Part shown: piece after piece, positions 56,898-64,000 of the stretch | Position numbering within the stretch: the first letter of the stretch is position 1 | Layout of the letters: each line of letters starts with the position of its first letter | Source: a virus | Strand: one strand, 5' to 3' | Virus record (IMG/VR): IMGVR_UViG_3300035698_010610 | Location: 1-64,000 of that record | DNA length: 64,000 bases | The notes under the pieces: model-generated | Databases searched by the model: none | The model's input: the letters and a program-made list of their open reading frames with translations, nothing else | What the model was told of the DNA's origin: nothing | Program-made: the position numbers and the translations under genes

Positions 56898-57115
56898 TGA
56901 ACATACGATTGACCGAGAAACTCGAAACCAAACTCGACGCCTACCGGGCGATGCGGCTGGAGGAAACCGGCAAGCGACCGATGCGTGAGTCTGCCGTACG
57001 TGAGCTGCTCGAAACGGCGTTGACTGACATTGAACCCACTCGCCCGGTAGCGGACAGACTGCGAGCTATCGAGGCGCGACTCGATAGGCTGGAAGGGGGG
57101 CACTACGATGAGTAG
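56894..57115 (+). CDS. ribbon-helix-helix-like DNA-binding protein
   Basis: MNIRLTEKLETKLDAY...ESAVRELLETAL. Confidence 0.6.
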   Translation: MMNIRLTEKLETKLDAYRAMRLEETGKRPMRESAVRELLETALTDIEPTRPVADRLRAIEARLDRLEGGHYDE

Positions 57116-57953
57116 CGATAAGCCAATCACCCCCGAGGAGATCACCGAGGGGCTGTTCACCGCCGAGGCGGTGCGGAGGGAGTTGCTGAATATTGAGTCG
57201 GGAATTCCCTACATGCCGGAGCCGTGTGACACGATCCGGGGGTGGCTCGTGAGCGTGAGTACCCTCCTACCCCGAGCCCTCCGCAACCTCCAGGCCGAGC
57301 GGCAGCGGGTGGCGGAACTGGAGGCCATCGTCGAGGGGATGAAAGCCGGTGTGGCCATACGCATCCTAGAGGCTGAGGTGGTGAAACTGGAGAAACGACA
57401 GAAGCAGTGGAACGATGGGGAGCTTGACGGAATCGTAGAAGACTACGACCGCCTGCGGCAGCGGGTGGCGGAGTTGGAGGGCAAAAACGACCAACTGAAA
57501 ATGCGGTGGGATCTATTCGCCGAAACTCACCTGGAGACTGAGGCGGAAAGCATCGCGTGGGGTACGCAACTCCGCATGGCCTCGGCGCTGTACCGGCTGA
57601 CATACTTGCAGAGCAGGATGGATCGCCGGATTTGCCGGTATCGGGGGCGTATAGTACGGGCAAAGGCGATTGTTCGCGAGTATGCGGAACGAGCGGAGCA
57701 GCTCCAGCAGCGGGTGGCGGACCTGGAGGCCGATGCCGCCGTTTTCAGGTTCATGCGTGCCGTGTCGTCGTCGGTTGGATCAGGGCTGGTGACCTTCCAT
57801 TTCGATCGCGATCGACTCGCCGTCCGATGGCGATTGAAAAACTGGGCGTGGGAGCGATGCGTACCGTTGAAGGAAATCGCGACCGCGCCGTGTCCTACGG
57901 GATTCGGGCAAGTGATCGGGGAGCGGATACGCCACGAAGTCGCAAGCCGCTGA
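57108..57953 (+). CDS. coiled-coil protein with three QRVA(E/D)LE repeats
   Basis: DNA repeat CAGCGGGTGGCGGA at about 57303, 57459 and 57708. Confidence 0.6.
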   Translation: MSSDKPITPEEITEGLFTAEAVRRELLNIESGIPYMPEPCDTIRGWLVSVSTLLPRALRNLQAERQRVAELEAIVEGMKAGVAIRILEAEVVKLEKRQKQWNDGELDGIVEDYDRLRQRVAELEGKNDQLKMRWDLFAETHLETEAESIAWGTQLRMASALYRLTYLQSRMDRRICRYRGRIVRAKAIVREYAERAEQLQQRVADLEADAAVFRFMRAVSSSVGSGLVTFHFDRDRLAVRWRLKNWAWERCVPLKEIATAPCPTGFGQVIGERIRHEVASR

Positions 57954-57970
57954 AGCGGCAGGAGAAACCG

Positions 57971-58231
57971 ATGAACACAAGTAGCATCAGACTCTCGCCA
58001 GTCGTTGCAGATTCGCGAATGATTATGCGCGACCGCGACGACGGCGCGGCTGAGTGGCTGACTCCAGATCGCGAATGGTCGCGGAGCATTTTCGAGGCCG
58101 CCCGGTTTGAACTGAACGAACTATGGAAGTCGCGGTACTGGCTATCGCGAGAGATCAGAGCCGTAGACGCGGCGGGAGGTGGGAATGAGCGGCAACCGAA
58201 ACCGACTATCATAGAGAACCCGCACGACTAA
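57971..58231 (+). CDS. hypothetical protein
   Basis: AGGAGA RBS. Confidence 0.5.
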   Translation: MNTSSIRLSPVVADSRMIMRDRDDGAAEWLTPDREWSRSIFEAARFELNELWKSRYWLSREIRAVDAAGGGNERQPKPTIIENPHD

Positions 58232-58255
58232 CCCTTCTGAATTGGAGAACCTGCT

Positions 58256-59074
58256 ATGCTTCAGACAATCATTTGCTCTCTGGCCGTGATGGCCGCCGCA
58301 CAGCATGGGGCGTCGCCGATCCCTTACGTGGGCGATGAAACGAGCCTCGTTCGGCTCAAGGCAACGACCGAGAAGTATGCCAGAAAACACTTCGTGATCT
58401 GCGGCGTGATAAAGTTGTCCGATGACTATGTCGGGAGTCGTGCAACTGAGCAACGCGCTTACGATGCAATTTCACTGCACGAGTACGGGAAGGACTTAGA
58501 CTCGCCTGGAAAATATCGCGCGATCCTGTACTGGCAGAAAGACATTGACAAGCCAGCAATGGCGGCTCTCGCGGATGCATTCGCAGCCGACACGAACGAC
58601 GACGGGCTCCTAGCCCGCGTATCGGCGACACTTGGCGGAGATTGGGCAATGGAGGGGCGGCAGTACACTGGAGCATATGAACCCTGGAACATCCTTCGCG
58701 TGACGGACGTGCAGTTGATCGACGCCAGCGGCAAGAAGTGGGGACCGTGGATCATGGAAAATAGGCTGAAAAAGCTCGGGCTCAAGTACCGCGTCGAGTG
58801 GACCCCTCGCGAGTACCTTGAGGCGGTTGCCGCAGCGAAAAGGAAACAACAAAACAAAGGTCTGGGACAACCAGCGCGGAAAGTGCGGCCAGTGGAGAAA
58901 AGGGAATTCCGCGAATGGGTGGATGTGACCGGCAAGCACCGCGTCAAAGCCAAACTGAAAAGCATGGCGTTCGGCGTTATCAAGTTGGAACTCGAAAGCG
59001 GCGAGGTCATTTCGCTGCCGCTGGACAGGCTGAGCGCAGCCGACCAGCAGTACATTCGGAATCGGTCGCGATGA
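58256..59074 (+). CDS. exported protein with C-terminal SHD1 domain
   Basis: signal-like N-terminus; REWVDVTGKHRVKAKL...IKLELESGEVISLPLDRLSAADQQYI. Confidence 0.8.
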   Translation: MLQTIICSLAVMAAAQHGASPIPYVGDETSLVRLKATTEKYARKHFVICGVIKLSDDYVGSRATEQRAYDAISLHEYGKDLDSPGKYRAILYWQKDIDKPAMAALADAFAADTNDDGLLARVSATLGGDWAMEGRQYTGAYEPWNILRVTDVQLIDASGKKWGPWIMENRLKKLGLKYRVEWTPREYLEAVAAAKRKQQNKGLGQPARKVRPVEKREFREWVDVTGKHRVKAKLKSMAFGVIKLELESGEVISLPLDRLSAADQQYIRNRSR

Positions 59075-59426
59075 CTCCCGGAACCTGCGGCCGATGCAGC
59101 ACCTAGCACCCCGCGAGTGTGGGTAGATGCCCGCGATGCGGGTGCCAGGAGTTCTGGATTCCAGCCGATCCCCCTGAAAACCGCCAGGAGCCCCGGGAAT
59201 CAGCCGCTGCCGTGAGCAAACGGCCCTCAATGGATGGGAACACCCAGACCGGGACAGGCCGTTAGGCGGCGAATCTGGGGGCTGGGGATTGCTGAGCCCT
59301 GGATTGGCGGTATATTGGGGGCTCAACAGAAAAAAAGCCGCACCGATGTTGAAGCATCGTGCGGCGTGGACTGAACGGAACACCACCGCTCATGCCGTCT
59401 GAATTCTACACAAAATCGACTCATCC

Positions 59427-59469
59427 AAAAGCCTTTTTCTGGCATTTCCAGCCGGAAGGGGCTTTTTTC
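59427..59469. terminator. bidirectional terminator-like hairpin
   Basis: AAAAGCCTTTTTCTGGC-ATTTCCA-GCCGGAAGGGGCTTTTTT. Confidence 0.6.
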
Positions 59470-59503
59470 ATGCGCTTGCACCGCCCGGATGGAGGGTATC
59501 GGC

Positions 59504-59806
59504 ATGCCGCGAGATGAGTGGAAGCGTGCCAATGACCGGACTGCCTACGGACCGGCGACCCCGAGGTCAACAAAACTGCGGAAGACCAAACGCAAGCGGC
59601 GGAAGGGGAAACGGAAACCGCGAACCGGACCCGGTGCGTGGTCTGGTTCGACCGTCCTTTGGTTCGGCAAACACAAGGGCACCCCTATCCGAGACGCGCC
59701 ACCGGATTACTTGCGATGGCTGGCGGAACAAGAAGCTAGCACCCCGAACGTCGCTGCGCTGGTTGCCTGGCTGCGATCGGGCTACAACTTAAACCGGGGG
59801 CATTGA
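59504..59806 (+). CDS. DUF3820/ExoX-C-like small protein
   Basis: LWFGKHKGTPIRDAPPDYLRWL. Confidence 0.7.
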   Translation: MPRDEWKRANDRTAYGPATPRSTKLRKTKRKRRKGKRKPRTGPGAWSGSTVLWFGKHKGTPIRDAPPDYLRWLAEQEASTPNVAALVAWLRSGYNLNRGH

Positions 59807-60223
59807 CCCCGACGTGATGCCCGCCGCGTGGCCCTGTGGGGCGCGGGTAGAATTGCCAGCGACTCGGGCCGCTTACGCCTCACCTTTGACAGAGGGAGGG
59901 TTCGCCCGAGAAGGTGATCGGTGGAATGATCGGAACCGGCGGGTACGTCCCGTCGCCATCGTTACCGTACCGGCAACAGGTGAGGACTCTGGCGTCGTGC
60001 GTCGGAGCGAGTGGCGGCCTGGCGCAGCAATTGGGCTGCGAGCAAAACGCGGAGCGCCGGGGGTTGTTGCGCACTGAGGCCAACCGTGGACGTTCATCGC
60101 GGCCGTGCTGCAAACCGCCGGAACCCCATCCAAGAAAAGCAAACGGGTGCGAGCCCAGCATTACCTGTTTTCAATGCCTCCAACTTGCACAGCGCAGCAT
60201 GCGTTGGTTATCACTGAATCTGG

Positions 60224-60250
60224 CACATCGACAACCTGGTTGTCGATGTG
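60224..60250. repeat. 27-bp perfect palindrome, copy 2
   Basis: CACATCGACAACC-T-GGTTGTCGATGTG. Confidence 0.8.
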
Positions 60251-60367
60251 GCTAACATGCGTGCTGACAAAGGTTTACGGTCATCGGGTTTGCCTCAAAA
60301 CCAAACCGGGTAAAATTTGCACTTTGGGAAATGGAAACCACGGGTGCTACACACCGGAGGCTAGCCG

Positions 60368-61300
60368 ATGACCGTATTGAAGATCACGCAAATCAAAGTC
60401 GATCAGAGCATTTTGGGACGGGCAACACTTGATGAAGGGTTGCTTGTTGAATACGAGGAATTGCGACGGACTGAGGAAGCCGTTTTCCCGCCCATCGTCG
60501 TATTCAAGGACACCGCCGAGAATTACTGGCTCGGCGACGGCAACCACCGCTTGCACGTTGAAAAGAAAATCGGCAACAACACGATAGACGTTGACCTCCG
60601 CGAAGGGTCGAAATCAGACGCCCGATGGTTTGCTGCGGGCGCAAACCTCAACCACGGGCAGCGGCCGTCACGGGGCGACCGGTTGCACGCTATCCAGAAT
60701 TTGCTGCTTGATCCTGCACACCAGAAGCGCCCGTTCGTTGCCATCGGCAAACAGTGCGGAGTATCCAAGCAGTATGTCGCCAAAGTTGCCAACGCACTCA
60801 TTAAGGCTGGCAAATTGAAGCCAGCAGCCGTCGGGAGAAAGACGGTTAAAATCACCACAGGCCAACATGCGGGAAAAACTTACGAGAAAGCATCGCCAGG
60901 GACCGGCGCGAAGGCCAAAAAAACAACAAGCCCGGCAACCGCAGCACCCAAGCCCAACGCAGCAAAGAAGAAGGACCAGCGGGGGCACGTTATTCCTGAA
61001 TACCTCCTTGGCGTCTGGGCTGGCCGGTCCGTGGTGATGGACATGGTGACGGAACTGTCTGCGATCCCGGCCAAGGTGCAAAAGCTGACGGTGCATGCAT
61101 CGGGTGCCGGGTCGATGATCGAGGTCGGGACGGTGAAGGACTTGCTCGGCGAAGCCCGCACCCGCATCAAGAAGTCTGCCCCGTATGTAATTTGCTCCGA
61201 CTGCCGCCCGAGCAATCATGTGTGCAAGGGCTGCAAGCAATGCGACGGGAAGGGATGGTTGTCCGAAGACGAATATTTTGAATGGAAGCAGGAACACTAA
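60368..61300 (+). CDS. ParB/Srx-like protein with HTH and C-terminal zinc finger
   Basis: FPPIVVF, YWLGDGNHR, ANLNHG, IGKQCGVSKQYV, CKQCDGKGW. Confidence 0.8.
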   Translation: MTVLKITQIKVDQSILGRATLDEGLLVEYEELRRTEEAVFPPIVVFKDTAENYWLGDGNHRLHVEKKIGNNTIDVDLREGSKSDARWFAAGANLNHGQRPSRGDRLHAIQNLLLDPAHQKRPFVAIGKQCGVSKQYVAKVANALIKAGKLKPAAVGRKTVKITTGQHAGKTYEKASPGTGAKAKKTTSPATAAPKPNAAKKKDQRGHVIPEYLLGVWAGRSVVMDMVTELSAIPAKVQKLTVHASGAGSMIEVGTVKDLLGEARTRIKKSAPYVICSDCRPSNHVCKGCKQCDGKGWLSEDEYFEWKQEH

Positions 61301-64000
61301 TGGCGACTCCGCAAGTTGAACTGCGGCCGTACCAGAGCGAAGCGGTCGTCAAATTATTCGAGGCGTTCCCGGACAACAACCGCATTCTTGTGTCCATGCC
61401 AACCGGTGTGGGCAAGACGGTTGTTGGGATGTACGCCGCGACGGTCTGGCCCGACGCTTGCGAGGCATTAGGGCTTCCGCCGAAAGTCTTGTGGTTGGCG
61501 CACCGCGAGGAGTTGGTTTTCCAGGCCGTCACCCAATTCCGCAACATGAGCGGCGAAGAGGCGGGCGTCGAAAAAGCGTACGACACGGTGACCAGCAGGC
61601 CGCTACTGGAACGCCCCCGCGTTGTTGCCGCGAGCATCCAGACGCTATTCTCCGAGGAGCGGCGGCTCCTGTTTGCCCCCGATGAATTCGGGTTGATCGT
61701 GATGGATGAATGCGTTGACGGCCTCGCGGCAGTAGAAACAGAACTTGGGACTATTCCACTCAGCGAAGCGGTGCGGCGTAAGGCCAAACGAGTGTTGACG
61801 CATGATGGAACATCTGCTAAGTTCGGTCGCATTGAGGCGTGGGCCAGTAAAGGCCGCCGGGCGGTGTTGCGGGTAGCGACATACGGTGGCACCATTCGCG
61901 TCACGGGGGAACATCCAATATGGACACTGCGGGGATGGGTGGAAGCCCGGCACCTAAAGCCCGGCGACGCCGTTGTGCGTGCGGTTGCGGCGTATGGATA
62001 CCGGCAGTCGACACCAGGGGGCGACCGCGAAAGTGCGCCCCTGGTCATTCGACACCCAGAAGTCGCGAAGAATGGTCGGTTGAGTACGAAAAATTTAAGG
62101 CGTCACTGCCGCTTTGTGAGTGTGGCTGCGGCACTAGCGTTACGCCAAACGCGAGTACGCTATCACGGTTTATTAAATGGCGTGGCACGCGAAGCATTCC
62201 AAGGTATCGCAAAGGCCACGATAAGCGGCCGTCCGGGTGGGAGATCACGCTTACGCCTAACGAGCGGTCGGCGATTCTCGGGACGCTACTCGGCGACTTT
62301 AGCATCGGCTTACCGAACCCACGCAGTAAGAACCCCAGGCTATCCGGGAACCATTCAAGCAAGCAGACGGAGTGGGTTCGCCACAAGGCCGCTATCCTCC
62401 GGCGGCTGTCGCCATCGGTTTCGTTTGCGGCCAATCCTGGGTACGGCGACCAGTTGTGTACGTTTCGGTCAAGTTGCCTCCCGTGTCTGTTGCCGATCTA
62501 TGATCTCACCCGACCGGACGGCGGCCCCAAAGTCATATCGCGGGCATGGCTTGACTCGCTGGGGCCACTGGGGCTCGCGTGGTGGATCTGCGATGACGGC
62601 AGTAGTTCCGCCGGATGGCAGATTGCACTTCACACTGAGGGCTTTGACGACACCAGTATCAGGGCTGTGGCAATGTGGTTTCGAGCTAAATACGGCGAGG
62701 TACGGGTCGCCCAGTCACGCCGAGGCAATAAAACGGTTCACCTTCGCAAAGCGGTCGCCAGCAAGGTCGCGGCTGCCATCCGGCCGCACGTGCCGCCCTG
62801 CATGGCATATAAGCTGCGATACTGTCCTGTCGGTTGACCCTGACGGATCGCGTGAAGTCTACGACCTTGCTGTTGCCGACACGCACTGCTTTTTCGCCAA
62901 TGGCATTCTCGTGCATAATTGTCACCACGGCGTTGCCCCGGCGTGGCAAGAAGTCGCCGACTATTTCGACAAGGGGAGGCTGGTCGGGTTGACGGCTACC
63001 ACGGATCGGGCCGACGAAGTGTCGCTCGGCCAGATGTTCGGTTCAGTGCCGTTCCATTACTCCCTGCCCGATGCGATCAAAGACGGCTACCTGTCGAAGA
63101 TCAAACAGGAGTACATCCGGGTCGAAAGCCTTGACTTTTCCGGCATCAAATTGGAAGACGGCGACCTGTCTGTGAAGGCGGTAGAGGATCGGATCAACCG
63201 CGAACAGACGATCCATGAACTCTGTGCCCCGGTCGCCAAATTGGCGGGGGACCGGCAAACGATCATATTCACACCATCGGTCGGCTCGGCTGAGTCGGTT
63301 GCGGCGCTGATGTCGGCACGGTATAGCAAACGCGGTGCGGTCGCTGTCAGCGGTTCGACGAATCCAGACGACCGGAAAGCAGCGGTGGAAGCGTACCTCC
63401 GGGGCGACATTCAGTTTCTCGTGAATTGTGGTGTATTTCTGGAGGGCTTTGACGCCCCGAATACATCCTGCATCGTCATCGCTCGGCCGACTGCATCGCG
63501 GGCGCTGTACGCTCAGATGATCGGTCGCGGGTTGCGCGGCGGCTGGGCGTGCCCTATTGAAGGAAAAGAGGACTGCCTTGTCCTCGACTTGACTGGCAAG
63601 GCTGCGGACCACCGGTTGGTCGGCTCACCCGATTTGCTCGCTGGGAATTACGACAAAGCCGTAACGGATGAGATCAGACGGCGGATGGAGGAGAAGGGGG
63701 AGGACGGCGAACCGAACGACGTGGATGAGATCATTGCGGAGTGCGTCGCTTCGTCCGACGAGCTACGGAAAATGGCGTTCGTGAAAGTTGTTGCTGACGC
63801 CAAGCTGTCCCGGAAGACCATCGACCCGTTTTCGTTGCTGGATGTCGCCGAGGAGGCGTTGCCGGGCTGGTGGGACGCGAAACAACCACTGCCAGAACAG
63901 ATCGACAAACTGGAGGCAGCGGGGATCAGACACGAGGGCGACTTCGACTACGCATCCGCCCAGAAGCTGTGCCACGAACTCGACGAACGGCGGGCAGCCG
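61300..64000 (+). CDS. SF2 DExH helicase (ResIII/YejH/Irc3-like) with intein, truncated at window end
   Basis: LRPYQ, MPTGVGKT, DE[intein]CHH, GLTAT, EGFDAP, YAQMIGRGLR; hand translation finds no stop through the intein; not in the ORF track, consistent with no stop in the window. Confidence 0.9.
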   Translation, partial: MATPQVELRPYQSEAVVKLFEAFPDNNRILVSMPTGVGKTVVGMYAATVWPDACEALGLPPKVLWLAHREELVFQAVTQFRNMSGEEAGVEKAYDTVTSRPLLERPRVVAASIQTLFSEERRLLFAPDEFGLIVMDECVDGLAAVETELGTIPLSEAVRRKAKRVLTHDGTSAKFGRIEAWASKGRRAVLRVATYGGTIRVTGEHPIWTLRGWVEARHLKPGDAVVRAVAAYGYRQSTPGGDRESAPLVIRHPEVAKNGRLSTKNLRRHCRFVSVAAALALRQTRVRYHGLLNGVAREAFQGIAKATISGRPGGRSRLRLTSGRRFSGRYSATLASAYRTHAVRTPGYPGTIQASRRSGFATRPLSSGGCRHRFRLRPILGTATSCVRFGQVASRVCCRSMISPDRTAAPKSYRGHGLTRWGHWGSRGGSAMTAVVPPDGRLHFTLRALTTPVSGLWQCGFELNTARYGSPSHAEAIKRFTFAKRSPARSRLPSGRTCRPAWHISCDTVLSVDPDGSREVYDLAVADTHCFFANGILVHNCHHGVAPAWQEVADYFDKGRLVGLTATTDRADEVSLGQMFGSVPFHYSLPDAIKDGYLSKIKQEYIRVESLDFSGIKLEDGDLSVKAVEDRINREQTIHELCAPVAKLAGDRQTIIFTPSVGSAESVAALMSARYSKRGAVAVSGSTNPDDRKAAVEAYLRGDIQFLVNCGVFLEGFDAPNTSCIVIARPTASRALYAQMIGRGLRGGWACPIEGKEDCLVLDLTGKAADHRLVGSPDLLAGNYDKAVTDEIRRRMEEKGEDGEPNDVDEIIAECVASSDELRKMAFVKVVADAKLSRKTIDPFSLLDVAEEALPGWWDAKQPLPEQIDKLEAAGIRHEGDFDYASAQKLCHELDERRAA
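61711..62919 (+). mobile_element. intein (403 aa) in helicase motif II, no in-frame endonuclease
   Basis: starts CVDG; block B VTGEHPIWT; block F VYDLAV; ends FFANGILVHN with +1 Cys; removal restores DECHH. Confidence 0.92.
61920..62837 (+). CDS. LAGLIDADG homing endonuclease in the -1 frame inside the intein
   Basis: ILGTLLGD, HSSKQTEW, GLAWWICDDGS, LHTEGF, MAYKL; two CxCGCG...GH modules; GGGGGA 9 nt before the ATG. Confidence 0.85.
   Translation: MDTAGMGGSPAPKARRRRCACGCGVWIPAVDTRGRPRKCAPGHSTPRSREEWSVEYEKFKASLPLCECGCGTSVTPNASTLSRFIKWRGTRSIPRYRKGHDKRPSGWEITLTPNERSAILGTLLGDFSIGLPNPRSKNPRLSGNHSSKQTEWVRHKAAILRRLSPSVSFAANPGYGDQLCTFRSSCLPCLLPIYDLTRPDGGPKVISRAWLDSLGPLGLAWWICDDGSSSAGWQIALHTEGFDDTSIRAVAMWFRAKYGEVRVAQSRRGNKTVHLRKAVASKVAAAIRPHVPPCMAYKLRYCPVG

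Noticed and set aside
59289-59475. Promoter-like TTGCTG-N16-TATATT plus hairpins as a C4-like antisense RNA
   Set aside because: Only generic terminator-like hairpins are visible; a family cannot be supported without a covariance search.
61920-62837. Reading the helicase as a frameshifted pseudogene or as interrupted by a group I intron
   Set aside because: The helicase frame has no stop across the insert and has intact intein termini (C...HN/C).
1-64000. tRNA/rRNA genes, integrase, reverse transcriptase/DGR, stop-codon reassignment
   Set aside because: None recognised by eye; TAA, TAG and TGA all end genes and coding density is high under the standard code. A tRNAscan/HMM run is needed to exclude them formally.

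Overview
GC-rich tailed-phage (siphovirus-like) genome segment. The likely host is a Planctomycete, inferred from the SHD1-domain, papain-C1/PDPD-linker and AAA-DUF2997/DUF1257/DUF3150-like genes. 1-26.7 kb (minus strand): portal-MuF fusion, HK97-type protease and capsid, glycosyltransferase, an atypical lysis-like block, large virion proteins, head-tail joining genes, tail tube, chaperones with a -1 frameshift, and tape measure. 26.8-29.5 kb: a plus-strand island. 29.4-36.8 kb: terminase, ParB, glycosyltransferase, GNAT and an XRE regulator. 37.2-64 kb (plus strand): early/accessory genes ending in an SF2 helicase that runs off the window. Main result: both inteins lack an in-frame endonuclease, and each hides a complete homing-endonuclease-like gene in a different reading frame of the same DNA. 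The portal-MuF intein carries an antisense HTH-DUF559/Vsr-like gene whose TTGACA-N16-TATAAT promoter and GGAGGT RBS are written into the intein C-terminal motifs. The helicase intein carries a LAGLIDADG gene in the -1 frame. Also seen: a boxA + structured RNA + hammerhead ribozyme leader, a duplicated 27-bp palindrome, and a probable ATT start codon. All family assignments are by-eye motif recognition; no database searches were run.
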